A DNA stretch of 63,769 nt, filler included, from Nemertoderma westbladi (Eukaryota; Animalia; Xenacoelomorpha): the NCBI GenBank assembly GCA_032718475.1. It is 3 parts of 3 records of this genome, joined end to end, with 100 filler letters (N's around TTAATTAATTAA, not from the genome) between each part and the next. Parts side by side here need not be neighbours in the genome. Positions count along the whole stretch, not along the records: positions 18,170 to 36,546 come from JAUCBJ010003148.1; positions 36,647 to 63,769 come from JAUCBJ010001774.1; 1 more part is not named here. One strand, given 5' to 3'. A model generated the notes under the pieces. The model had not been told where the DNA came from and searched no databases. It saw only the letters and a program-made list of their open reading frames with translations. A program made the position numbers and the translations under genes. Numbering within the stretch: the stretch's first letter is position 1; each line of letters opens with the position of its first letter. Positions 25,271-38,010 of this stretch are shown in pieces.

Positions 25271-25584
25271 TATAAAACTTAAATACAGTACAAATACGTT
25301 ATTTCCCATTGATATAAAATTTCCCGATAAAATGTCAGCCACCGAGTTCAATCCTTCTCAATCATAGAGACGGGGGGGGGGGGGGGGACTGGACGCAAAT
25401 CCCACCTTGGCGAATTAATATACCGCCTCAATGTTAAATTGTCAGTGGCACGATATTTTAACCAAAACAATAAACTAAGCACGATAGAATAGGTTACAGT
25501 TTATTGTTGAGAATAATCAGCTGTTACAGTATTTGCGTCGAATTTCACCTGGAGAGGGATGAATTTTATTGCGTCCAGTCCCCC

Positions 25585-27257
25585 TTTTCGGTGGTTCTTT
25601 TCGGGGAATCTCATTGATCTCGATTGCTGCAAAGCTATACAATAGAATTATATTAAATCGCATCAGGGATATCCCATTGAGAGACTGCTCCGTGGAAATC
25701 AGAATGGGTTCCGTAAAGGTCGTGGAACCATGGAGCCCATTTTGGCACTTAGAAGGACAATTGAAGAATTATCAAAAAAGAAAGACAGGCATCTGGCTGT
25801 TATCTTTGTTGACTTCTTCAAGGCCTTTGATTCAGTCTCCCGCTCACGTATGTTCATCATACTTTCATTATATGGGATTCCTGATGAAATTATTGCAGCA
25901 ATAAGATCAGTATACGATGGTTCGACAACATTTGTGTCTACTGTTGACGGTGACACAAAACCATTTGAAGTGTTATGGGGCGTCCTCCAAGGAGACACAC
26001 TTGCACCATTCTTGTTCATTATTGTGGTTGACTATGTTCTACGCATGTCCTTAGATCATAATAATGATGATGGGGTGATGATAACTCCACCTACTGGCTC
26101 CAGAAGTCGAGGAAATCCTGCCAAGTACCTAACTGATCTATAAAAAAAAGTAAATTTTCTTCGGCCGCTAGGCCAGGGATTACGCACAAAGTCTGACGAC
26201 TTATTTCCAGTGCGGTCCCCCCAGAACTTTACTCCCCAGAGGAAACTCCAGTACTCATTTAGCTACCACTTAAGGATGCAAGGCAGGGATGCGCCCTGGC
26301 TGCTCCCTTTAAAGCATTCGTGCCGAAACGAAAACTGCCCTGGCCCATGTGAGGATCGAACCCACGACCTACAGGAGATGTGAATTCAATGCAACCACTA
26401 CACCAAGGTGGAACCTTGGAATCTAGACTTTGTTGATGACTTAGGAGTACTCTCAGAATCATTAGAGGGACCCCAACGGCTCCTCAGCTCATTAGAACAT
26501 GCTGCTTCTAGTGTTGGTCTTTTTATTAACTCCAGAAAGACCAAAATTTTGACAGTTAACTTTGAAAGTCCTCAACAAGTCTCTGATCGGATGAGCATAA
26601 GCTCAAAGGATGGTATGCTTGAGCATGTGGACGACTTCTGTTACCTGGGATCATGGATCCGGAAGTCAGGTGAGGACCTTCGTGTACGTAAGGGAAAGGC
26701 ATGGGCAGCCTTGAATAGGCTTTCCAGGATTTGGAAGTCACCGAGAATTAATCGGAAACTTAAGCGGAAATTTAGAGCAGCAGTAGTTCCAGTACTCCTC
26801 TATGGGAGTCCATGCTGGGCTCTAACTGCTGAGGACACCAAATCTCTGGATGGCGCATTCACAAGAATGCTACGCCGGGTTCATTGTGTCAAGTACAATG
26901 CACACATCTCCAATCAGACACTATATAACATTGGAGGTGTCTCATTGGTTCCCCCAAGCTTGACACTAGAACAAAATCGCCTCCGCTTTGCAGGACATTG
27001 CTTTCGCCGTGAGGACCAGCCAGTGCGTAATCTTGTACTTTGGCAGCCTCATGGAGTGAATAAGCATGGTGGACAGCCCATGACTTTCTTGAGACGCATC
27101 TTAAAGGACACTGGCCTTGAAGATGCGGATGATGTAGCAAATGTCATGGGTGATAGGGAGTTGTGGCGGCGCAATTTTGTCGGCAAGCCGGCACAGCATT
27201 CTTAAAAATGCAGCTGCAATGCAGCATGCCGATACTACTAGTAGTAGTCGTGGCGTA
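25585..27257 (+). mobile_element. 5'-truncated RTE-like LINE (reverse transcriptase pseudogene) flanked by a ~62-bp direct repeat
   Basis: RT motifs FRGISL.SIAAKLYN, FVDFFKAFDSV, GVLQGDTLAPFLF, YLTDL/DFVDD, FCYLGS, VLLYG; (TAG)n-like tail; duplication 25523-25584 = 27258-27320. Confidence 0.9.
26141..26420 (-). mobile_element. tRNA-derived SINE inserted in the LINE RT
   Basis: Minus strand has A box TGGTGTAGTGG and B box GGTTCGATCC, and a T-rich tail. TSD atcta at 26136-26140 and 26421-26425; removing the insert restores YLTDLDFVDD. Confidence 0.85.
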
Positions 27258-27360
27258 GTTACAGTATTTGCGTCGAATTTCACCTGGAGAGGGATGAATT
27301 TTTATTGCGTCTAGTCCCCCCCCCCCCCCTCCCCCCCACTTCTCTGCGCAACAGAGACAG

Positions 27361-30179
27361 TCGGTATAGGTCTACTGAGACCATCGGTGTAGGTCTACTG
27401 AGACCATCGGTGTAGGTCTACTGAGACCATCGGTGTAGGTCTACTGAGACCATCGGTGTAGGTCTACTGAGACCATCGGTGTAGGTCTACTGAGACCATC
27501 GGTGTAGGTCTACTGAGACCATCGGTGTAGGTCTACTGAGACCATCGGTGTAGGTCTACTGAGACCATCGGTGTAGGTCTACTGAGACCATCGGTGTAGG
27601 TCTACTGAGACCATCGGTGTAGGTCTACTGAGACCATCGGTGTAGGTCTACTGAGACCATCGGTGTAGGTCTACTGAGACCATCGGTGTAGGTCTACTGA
27701 GACCATCGGTGTAGGTCTACTGAGACCATCGGTGTAGGTCTACTGAGACCATCGGTGTAGGTCTACTGAGACCATCGGTGTAGGTCTACTGAGACCATCG
27801 GTGTAGGTCTACTGAGACCATCGGTGTAGGTCTACTGAGACCATCGGTGTAGGTCTACTGAGACCATCGGTGTAGGTCTACTGAGACCATCGGTGTAGGT
27901 CTACTGAGACCATCGGTGTAGGTCTACTGAGACCATCGGTGTAGGTCTACTGAGACCATCGGTGTAGGCCTACTGAGACCATCGGTGTAGGTCTACTGAG
28001 ACCATCGGTGTAGGTCTACTGAGACCATCGGTGTAGGTCTACTGAGACCATCGGTGTAGGTCTACTGAGACCATCGGTGTAGGCCTACTGAGACCATCGG
28101 TGTAGGTCTACTGAGACCATCGGTGTAGGTCTACTGAGACCATCGGTATAGGTCTACTGAGACCATCGGTGTAGGTCTACTGAGACCATCGGTGTAGGTC
28201 TACTGAGACCATCGGTGTAGGCCTACTGAGACCATCGGTGTAGGTCTACTGAGACCATCGGTGTAGGTCTACTGAGACCATCGGTGTAGGTCTACTGAGA
28301 CCATCGGTGTAGGTCTACTGAGACCATCGGTGTAGGTCTACTGAGACCATCGGTGTAGGTCTACTGAGACCATCGGTGTAGGTCTACTGAGACCATCGGT
28401 GTAGGTCTACTGAGACCATCGGTGTAGGTCTACTGAGACCATCGGTGTAGGTCTACTGAGACCATCGGTGTAGGTCTACTGAGACCATCGGTGTAGGTCT
28501 ACTGAGACCATCGGTGTAGGTCTACTGAGACCATCGGTGTAGGTCTACTGAGACCATCGGTGTAGGTCTACTGAGACCATCGGTGTAGGTCTACTGAGAC
28601 CATCGGTGTAGGTCTACTGAGACCATCGGTGTAGGTCTACTGAGACCATCGGTGTAGGTCTACTGAGACCATCGGTGTAGGTCTACTGAGACCATCGGTG
28701 TAGGTCTACTGAGACCATCGGTGTAGGTCTACTGAGACCATCGGTGTAGGTCTACTGAGACCATCGGTGTAGGTCTACTGAGACCATCGGTGTAGGTCTA
28801 CTGAGACCATCGGTGTAGGTCTACTGAGACCATCGGTGTAGGTCTACTGAGACCATCGGTGTAGGTCTACTGAGACCATCGGTGTAGGTCTACTGAGACC
28901 ATCGGTGTAGGTCTACTGAGACCATCGGTGTAGGTCTACTGAGACCATCGGTGTAGGTCTACTGAGACCATCGGTGTAGGTCTACTGAGACCATCGGTGT
29001 AGGTCTACTGAGACCATCGGTGTAGGTCTACTGAGACCATCGGTGTAGGTCTACTGAGACCATCGGTGTAGGTCTACTGAGACCATCGGTGTAGGTCTAC
29101 TGAGACCATCGGTGTAGGTCTACTGAGACCATCGGTGTAGGTCTACTGAGACCATCGGTGTAGGTCTACTGAGACCATCGGTGTAGGTCTACTGAGACCA
29201 TCGGTGTAGGTCTACTGAGACCATCGGTGTAGGTCTACTGAGACCATCGGTGTAGGTCTACTGAGACCATCGGTGTAGGTCTACTGAGACCATCGGTGTA
29301 GGTCTACTGAGACCATCGGTGTAGGTCTACTGAGACCATCGGTGTAGGTCTACTGAGACCATCGGTGTAGGTCTACTGAGACCATCGGTGTAGGTCTACT
29401 GAGACCATCGGTGTAGGTCTACTGAGACCATCGGTGTAGGTCTACTGAGACCATCGGTGTAGGTCTACTGAGACCATCGGTGTAGGTCTACTGAGACCAT
29501 CGGTGTAGGTCTACTGAGACCATCGGTGTAGGTCTACTGAGACCATCGGTGTAGGTCTACTGAGACCATCGGTGTAGGTCTACTGAGACCATCGGTGTAG
29601 GTCTACTGAGACCATCGGTGTAGGTCTACTGAGACCATCGGTGTAGGTCTACTGAGACCATCGGTGTAGGTCTACTGAGACCATCGGTGTAGGTCTACTG
29701 AGACCATCGGTATAGGTCTACTGAGACCATCGGTGTAGGTCTACTGAGACCATCGGTGTAGGTCTACTGAGACCATCGGTGTAGGTCTACTGAGACCATC
29801 GGTGTAGGTCTACTGAGACCATCGGTATAGGTCTACTGAGACCATCGGTGTAGGTCTACTGAGACCATCGGTGTAGGTCTACTGAGACCATCGGTGTAGG
29901 TCTACTGAGACCATCGGTGTAGGTCTACTGAGACCATCGGTGTAGGTCTACTGAGACCATCGGTGTAGGTCTACTGAGACCATCGGTGTAGGTCTACTGA
30001 GACCATCGGTGTAGGTCTACTGAGACCATCGGTGTAGGTCTACTGAGACCATCGGTGTAGGTCTACTGAGACCATCGGTGTAGGTCTACTGAGACCATCG
30101 GTGTAGGTCTACTGAGACCATCGGTGTAGGTCTACTGAGACCATCGGTATAGGTCTACTGAGACCATCGGTGTAGGCCT
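27361..30179. repeat. Satellite, 23-bp unit tctactgagaccatcggtgtagg, ~122 near-perfect copies
   Basis: Direct reading; only rare variants (ggtata, aggcct); no spacers. Confidence 0.98.
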
Positions 30180-31323
30180 GATCTACAGCTCACATTGACA
30201 ACAAGTTAAAATTAATCGTTTATTGTTTTGGTTAGAAAACACCGCCACTGTTTAATTAAATTGATTTTTCAAATCCACTACACACGCATTTGTTGTTTGC
30301 GGTCATTTTGCACAATTTACTCTTAAAATATAATTTTGTAGAATAAAATAATCTTCTCCTTAAAAATAAACACTATTACAGTATTATTGCTATAGTAATA
30401 AGCTATTATTTAATTTTGTAATTGCATACAACCCTACCGACGGTGATATAAGCCTAATATTATTATTATTTACATACATAATATACAATAGATAGACAGA
30501 CGTGGCATTACAAATGTTCAAATGCAACAATTGCTGCACACAATGTTGTTTGACGGGTAAATCCCGGACGCAAAGAAACATTTCCCCTGGGAAACTCCCA
30601 TTTATTTCTGCCAGCGAGATAAGATTTATCTTAATCCTCGTAATATTTTCGTCGAATGGAAAAATAACTCCCGAATGTATTAACTTTGTATTCAGGTACC
30701 AATTGCATTAACTTTGTATTCAGGTACCAATTGCATTCTTGCATTCTTCCGCTTCAAAAATTCCCCCAGGGCAATAAAACCTATTTTCCTGCAATTCTTA
30801 CTTGAATTCAAATAAAAATTTGAAATTTATCAGGTTTCCAATTAATAATTTGTATAGTATATCGTGTGACGTAGTAAGCGAGCTTGGGACATCATCTGTT
30901 TCAACAGTTGCCTATTTATTATAAGAACTGGTGTTTATAAATTGTGGCATCAAAACACACGCGGCACAATGCACATGATTGGACTGGACAGGTTCATGGG
31001 CACTTGGACAATGGACAGCCTCAAGCTTATCTACTCAAAATAATACACATTAATAAGGGCGTATAAATGTCAGCTATTTTACGACGCAATTCAGATTGTG
31101 TTACATATTTGGAATCCTTGCACGGCCCGCTTTCTAACTGTAACAACACATCAATATAAGGTTGATGAATAACTTCTGTGTAACTGGACTGGTACAATAT
31201 CAACGGATACACCGAATATCAACGGATTTTTAAACGCTTTAGCTAAGAAATGAGAGCAAAAATAAAAATTCTGGCTCACCCACTAAAGAGGAGGGAGGTG
31301 AAACTATCTCTGTTTTAAATTCC

Positions 31324-31574
31324 CAGATAGGGGGGAAACTGGACGTAATAAAAATTCATCCCTCTCCAGGGGAAATTGGACGCAAATTGACAGCTGATTA
31401 CTCTCAAAAATAAAACTGTAACCTGTTCTATTGTGTTTAGTTTATTGTTTTGGTTAAAATAACGTTCCACTGTAACCTGCTCCTTTCCCAAAATTGAGAA
31501 TGTAACATTGAGGCGGGATATTAATTCGCCAAGGCGGGTTTTGCGTCCAGTCCCCCCCCCCCCCCCCTGTCTCT
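31324..31574 (-). mobile_element. MITE, same family as 25366-27346
   Basis: TIR-like ends cagatagggggaaactggacg and gcgtccagtcccc..tgtctct; shared internal sequence. Confidence 0.8.
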
Positions 31575-31889
31575 AAATTCCATGCAATATCATTAAGATT
31601 TGTAGACGAATTTAGGGGGGGGGGGGGGGTACCTGAATAACGTTACTATATTCCAGGAAATGGTGTATATGAACGCAAATACATGTACGCACCCAAAAAG
31701 TAGCCTAATAATTTTCATTTTTCCATCCAGTCAGTGTCACACAATATGGTAACACAATAAAATGGTTACAAAATATGAGACGACACGGAATACCTTTTAT
31801 ATATATTGTCAGTTATATATGGACGCACATATGCTTGTACCAATATGTATTTATGCACATTTATGCACGCTTATTATGATTACTTACAC

Positions 31890-32785
31890 CAAGGGGGGTG
31901 GGGGGTATACCCCCCCTCAGGTAAAATTTTCAAATTGTTTTTTCTTTATTTCACCTAGAGCAGAATTTAATGAGTATTACAAATCTGAAAACCGTTAAGT
32001 GAGACCTCTTTCAGTTCTCGAGTTATCACTGTTTTTCCGTATGACGGTCTGTCCGTCAAATTGTAAGATAGACAATTAGGGACAGCCAGACAGATAGACT
32101 AGATTCCACCAAAAATTAAAACTGACATCGGAAATGAAATCAGCGCCCCCGAAAACCCCAGTAATGAACATTTTAGCTCGTTGGTGTGCATCCTTCGTGC
32201 CAGAAATAATTAACCAACCAGAACACAGACAGCCAATTTTGGCGGGACGGTTTAAACTTTGAAGGGCATTTTCTCTGGAATGACATTTTTCATTTTCAAA
32301 TTACTACTCCTCCGTCATTTTTTAACCAATTTTCTTCGTTTATGGCTCATTCGAACGAGCTTTGGAAGCTCTTTAAAAGTTATCTTATGGAATTTTGATA
32401 AATATTACCATTTTTTCTAATTAGCCAATTTTAATTAAAAATATGATAATTAATTAATTTAATTAATTAATTAAAATAAAAATGGCTAATTAAAAATTCT
32501 ATAAGATAACTTTTGTAGAGTCGATCACGCTGAGTCCAAAAAAGTTGGTTTCAAGAAATTTGGACCAAAATTGAGGGACTAGTAGCAATTTTAGTGAAAT
32601 CTTTAATTCCGCCGCCAGCCGCTAGGGGGAGGCTATACATTTTCAAATTTTACTATAAAGGCTATTTGGCCTTCCATACAGTGGTTGACCATGACAAAAT
32701 AGCAATATTATCATTTAACACTAATTGACAGCCATTTTAAAAAAAGGTTCATGGGGGGGTATACCCCCCCCCCCCCCCTTAATAA
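31890..32785 (+). mobile_element. Non-autonomous DNA-transposon-like element with G(n)tataC(n) ends
   Basis: Both ends carry gggggtataccccc palindromes (aagggggg... and ...ccccctt); interior homologous to 23990-25270. Confidence 0.55.
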
Positions 32786-32859
32786 AGCAAAGCGTCCGCC
32801 AAGAAGACACATTAACTATTAAAGTAATTCATATTGTCATTAAAAGTAGCTTAATAAGT

Positions 32860-32865
32860 GAGACA

Positions 32866-32900
<35 letters not shown>

Positions 32901-33126
32901 GGGGACGCAAATCCTATCTCGGTGAATTAATATCCCGCCTCAATGTTAAATTCTCAATTTAGAGAAAGGATCAGGTTACAGTGGCACGTTATTTTAACCA
33001 AAACAATAAACTAAACACAATAGAACAAGCTACAGTTTTATTTTTGAGAGTAATCAACTGTTATTTGTGTCAAATTTCCTATGGAGAGGGATGCATTTTA
33101 TTGCCTCCAGTCCCCCTCCCTTCTCC
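32860..33126 (+). mobile_element. MITE, same family as 31324-31574
   Basis: gagacaG(n)acggggacgcaaa ... ttgcctccagtccccct ends; same core sequence. Confidence 0.78.
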
Positions 33127-33598
33127 GATTGATCTACAATTTAACTCAAACCATAAATATTTTATTGTGGGGCGAGCCACGAAGTGAGTGAGCCTTAGCG
33201 TAGTGGTACCATTAATCAACCTGTCGTTCTGTCGTTCTGTCGTTCTGTCGTTCTGTCGTTCTGTCGTGTTCAATTTTAAACGTTAATAACTCGGCCAATC
33301 TTTGATGAAATCTATCCAAACTTGGTACACATGTTGTTTGGCAAAAGTTTAGAAATTTTCCAAGTAGAATTTCCGTGTGGCCTTCGAGAAGCTAAGATAA
33401 TAGCAGTTAATTAGTTAATTAAGTTGATTACGGTAAAAACACCATTTTCAACCTGCCTTTTAAAGGAAATTAATTGTTTTACAGTATAAGACTTCAATAA
33501 TTATACTTAAAAAATATACAGATGTAATCCGCATACTCCATTCTATTATAGTTTTTAATTAGTTCAAGTGATTTGCTTTAATAATCGTGTCTTTAATT

Positions 33599-36160
33599 CA
33601 GGGCCGGATTAAGGTTATCAGGGCTGTGGGCTGAGTAATAAAAAGGGCCGTTTTCCAACGGGTAAAAAATAACATGAAAAACTAAATATTTTACATATAA
33701 TTATTATTAATTATTTACTATAAAGAAACCGAGTGCTAATTACAGCAATGGAGTAAACTCAAAAATTAATGCAAAAAGCACCATTACCTACAACTGAAAG
33801 AAAGACACAGAATTGTTTAATATTACAGTAAATTATTAACTAATAAAATACTAATTACAATACATAAAACATACAATAAAATTTTAATATACTGTATAAT
33901 ATCGTGACCATAAAGCCAGAACAACACATATATACCATAATTTTTCAAAACAATTTTTTTTACCAAAAATACTCAAGATGGCGTTCTACATCTTATGGTA
34001 AAATCCTAGACTTGTATGTCTAACTCCATCATTCCTAAGAAATTACCGTTTTGAGTTGAACCTATATGCTCATAACTGCCACGCAATGGCAACCCACGTT
34101 CAGTGAGTTTTCTTATTACACTTACAGCTCGAGTAAGTACCTGTTGCCAATAATTATTCTGTATTTCAAATTCCTTAAGCAGTGCTGCATCCACACGTCT
34201 TTTTGCGTCTCTTCTAATCACCAAACCGATCATTGCATCTCGGTGACATTCGGAATTTTCATGCCTGCGAACAACCACAGCTGCATGTTTCCAATTGTTG
34301 AATCCTAGGTTAACAAATTGATTGGTCCGATCCGAAGACAATAATTTACAAGGAAAGCAATAAACCTTGCCTTGAGAAGGTGAGTAGCAAAGCCATTCGC
34401 GTGTTGTTGGTCGTTGTCCTTCCATTTTGCGTTCAAACAATGACAATGTGCAAGAGCGGGTAAACTTCTCATTGGCGTGAATATAGCTCGATGCAGAAAA
34501 GTCACCACCAGCAATATTTTGGCATTGTGTGCTCCCTTCACCAACCCAAAATTCTATCATGCCAGGAACAATAACTACCTCATTCCATGTCCCAACATCT
34601 GGAGTTATACACAGATTAGTAGTAGATGGCTCAACATCACCAGCATAGCCATGAAATTGATTTGCAATGGCCTGGCCGTCAGATACATTTGACAGTGGAT
34701 CAACAATTTCTTCAGCTACAGATAAGTTTACATTAAAACAGTCACCTGTGCCAGAGATGCATTGCATTGGAGCATCACTGACTGCATCAGGTAATTCAAC
34801 TGGGGGAATGGTAGGCTCTACTGTTTCATCCGAAGTTTTGTCTATTTGGTCTGATATAGGTGTAAAATATGTTCGTAGCTTGGGCACAGATGATAACAAA
34901 ACACTCTCTCTTTTCTCTTTAGCTTTTTTTGCTCGCATCTTTTCTGCACCACCAATACCCTTCTTCGAAACGTTCTTTACAAATGTTCCCATTATCTGAT
35001 TATTGTAGAGATAATTCTATAATTGTCTAATAATTTAAATCACCATAGTTTTATCAATAACCAATATAAGTACAGCTAAGTAAAACTATCTCACAATCAA
35101 TAACCAAAACAATAAACAAATAACGAAACTAGATTTCCCTTTCGTAATTTAAGGGAATGGAGCAGGTTACAGTGATGGTGTTATCTACTGATTGCTGATC
35201 TAACAGACCATATCATATCATATCATATCAATTAGATTTAATAATTAGCGGAATGGAGCAGATTACAGTGGCGAGCTTGAGCTTTTCTAACCAAAACAAT
35301 AAACGATAATTTATTTTAATAATAATAATTTTAACGATATTATTATATTTGTTAATTTAAGTGTGTCAATAATAATAATTAACGCTGATAAGTCACGGTA
35401 GCGTTAATATAATGTAACAAAAACTAACACTATTATTTTATTTACCACTGTGTCATAAGCTGAAGCTTAAATATATATAACTTTACAACAGGATAAGAAG
35501 TAAGTACTTCGTGTAGAGGTATAGCCAACCAATAAATATCACGTAACACATTACCTGCAATTTATTAGATCCAGTCCAGAGTCAGTGATTCATGACTCAT
35601 AGAAGAAATCCAATATCTCAACAAATACACCAATCACAGCGTGTTTTGGTAAGCCACTAGCCTGGTGTCAATGTACCAGGAGGTCTTCCCTGCCATTTGC
35701 TTAGAGCCTCCTGTCTGTCTGTTCTGTTTATTATAGTAAAGGTGTGGTATGTGTTTCACGATTGGTCATGTGCTCACATCACCTGTGCTACAAGCTTGCC
35801 CTAAAGCATTAGTTAGGTGGAGTAAATAGCCTGTAGGTAATGGGACTGCTGGCTTCCAATTAATATGTCCAGGTTGATAGCCCTATCCTGCTTTGGCAGT
35901 ATAGTGTGGCCTGGGAGGCATAATTCCTATTGTGGAAACAGTGGGGTATGGAAATATTTGGTTATGGGCTGGGGGAAATTTACTCAGGAATTATAGTACA
36001 AACATGATTTTGGATAATTTGACTTATGAATTGATTAATATTTCATGGGACTCTTATAGGCACAGAACAATTACAATGGAAAGCTCAATTTGAAAGGGCC
36101 GGTTCAGTCGCTTGGGCCGTGGGCTGCAGCCCACACAGCCCCCCCCTTAATCCAGGCCTG
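33599..36160 (-). mobile_element. hAT transposon, internally deleted, intact ends
   Basis: TIRs cagggccggattaagg and ccttaatccaggcctg; perfect 8-bp TSD ctttaatt (33591-33598, 36161-36168); contains a transposase N-terminal ORF. Confidence 0.92.
34006..34992 (-). pseudogene. Truncated hAT (ZMYM1/DUF4371-like) transposase, TTF-type zinc finger region only
   Basis: REWLCYS..KVYCFPCKL..GFNNWK..HENSECH, then RGLPLRG..NGNFL; ends before the DDE catalytic core. Confidence 0.85.
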
Positions 36161-36546
36161 CTTTAATTGATCTAAAGTAATTAAACCGGCATACAAAATG
36201 TATTCTCATTAAATACTGCTCATTTATTGGTTAACATCCAAGTTGGCTTGATTCCCAGCAACACTTGAGGTATTCAGTCAGCCTCGCTTGTAAGAGGCAG
36301 ACTGCTGCTGCTGCTGGTAGCCATCCATTCACTCACTCTCCATTGAACTGGCTGATTGGAGGTGTGTGTGTATCGGGTTCAATGACATTAATATTATTAC
36401 TAAAGTAACGTCGGGATGTTAATATTCACTGGAGCTATGAGTCTCTCTGGTTAGTTGAATGAATGAAATAAATAATTGTTTTACTGTTCCGAATATCAAT
36501 GTTTATTTCTGTAGGCCAACTTACTGTATTATTATTTAATCTAAAT

Positions 36547-36646
36547 NNNNNNNNNNNNNNNNNNNNNNNNNNNNNNNNNNNNNNNNNNNNTTAATTAATT
36601 AANNNNNNNNNNNNNNNNNNNNNNNNNNNNNNNNNNNNNNNNNNNN
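36547..36646. other. Assembly linker/gap (N44-TTAATTAATTAA-N44)
   Basis: Same artificial construct as 18070-18169. Confidence 0.97.
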
Positions 36647-37215
36647 TCACTTAACCTTTAAAACAAAATAAAAACAGTAAATCCACCAAAGATGACCTAA
36701 TTAATTGAGTATAACAAAAGTAACAAATTCCATGTTTAAAAAAATGCCAACACTCTAAAATCAATAAGAGGCAATCGTTTGTAGATATATTTGGATGTTC
36801 AGGTGTTTACTGATGCTGTTTGGGACACGGAAAGGCGAACTACGCCTTTATAACAATTATAGGTTGACGGGATAACAATACCTCCGCGGCAGGATTCTAA
36901 ATCGCGTATAAAAAAACAATTATAATATACAATAACAACCCGATCCTTCCTCTTCCACCCTCCTTCTAGCAGTAATCAATAACCGGAAACCATAAAAACA
37001 AATGTGATAATCCTTCGTATCAATTCATATGGCTCGCACCATGTCGGTCATTGAGTGGGGGGATTCACTTATCTTCTCCCAATAAGTTTAAACCAATTCG
37101 ACGAATATATAGAGGAAAATTAATTATATGCAGAAATGGAACCAGTTTACCTGACACACACGTATACACGTTCCTTCTGACTTATCTGTCACACTTGCGC
37201 ATGTGCGCGCGCGCA

Positions 37216-37730
37216 CCCATGTGACTGAAGAATACCTGCAGATTTTCACTTTTCGGTCGACTTTTTATTGGAATTTTATATATTAAGAATTTATCTTTCA
37301 TTTCCCCTTATTAAGTATTTTATAGCGTTTATGTAGATACTAATAATAATTCGTTTATTGTTTTGGTTCGTTAGATTCTGTCCTTCTGTCCTGCCGCTTT
37401 GCAGGACATTGCTTTCGCCGTGAGGACCAGCCAGTGCATAATATTGTGCTTTGGCAGCCTCATGGAGTGAATAAGCATGGTGAGCAGCCCATGACTTTCT
37501 TGAGACGCATCTTAAAGGACACCCTTGAAGATGCGGATGATCTAACAATGTCATGGGTGATAGGGAGTTGTGGCGGCGCAATTTTGTCGACAAGCCGGCA
37601 CAACATTCTTAATATCTATGTAATTGTAATATATATAATACAGCTGCAATGCAGCATGTCAACCGAAGTAGTAGTAGCCCTTCCGCAACCTGGGTTTTAG
37701 TGCTATACCTACAGGTATACTTCACATGGG
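37216..37730. mobile_element. MITE (TIR cccatgtgaagaatacc) carrying a 3' fragment of the RTE-like LINE (~37394-37680)
   Basis: Ends cccatgtgactgaagaatacctg and caggtatacttcacatggg; insert matches 26983-27250. Relatives at 50346-50567 and 58424-58643. Confidence 0.75.
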
Positions 37731-37824
37731 GTTAAACTGCAAAGTGAAATATAATATCACAACAACATCTGGTATACTTAACAGAGGCCTACGTGCGCAT
37801 ACAGGTTCTGTGGTTCTGACTCAC

Positions 37825-38010
37825 CTGCCATACACGCGCATATGAAGTGTCCCACCGAATCGATACAGGTGCCGTGGTTCTGGCACGGTTGCGGGACGCA
37901 TTCGTCGATGTTATACTCGCATCGCGGACCGTCGTAACCGCGGGCGCAGTTACACTGGAAGGAACCCGGGATGTTCTCGCATGTCCCCCCGTGTTCGCAT
38001 GGAACTCCAT
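37825..38010 (-). CDS. Notch: Notch exon, EGF repeats 11-12 (ligand-binding region), 186 nt, phase 1-1
   Basis: ttcttccag|AT...GCAG|gtgagt; translates (D)GVPCEHGGTCENIPGSFQCNCARGYDGPRCEYNIDECVPQPCQNHGTCIDSVGHFICACMA(G). The ORF track shows only a wrong frame. Confidence 0.92.

Larger units (their letters stand above)
25366..27346 (+). mobile_element. MITE (TIR agagac-G(n)-actggacgcaa) split by a LINE insertion
   Basis: Left TIR at 25366, right TIR ttgcgtctagtc-C(n)-..tctct ending ~27346. Uninterrupted relatives at 31324-31574 and 32860-33126. Confidence 0.75.

Noticed and set aside
27361-30179. CRISPR-like appearance of the 23-, 31-, 46- and 22-bp arrays
   Set aside because: Units are head-to-tail with no unique spacers, there are no cas genes, and the context is eukaryotic.
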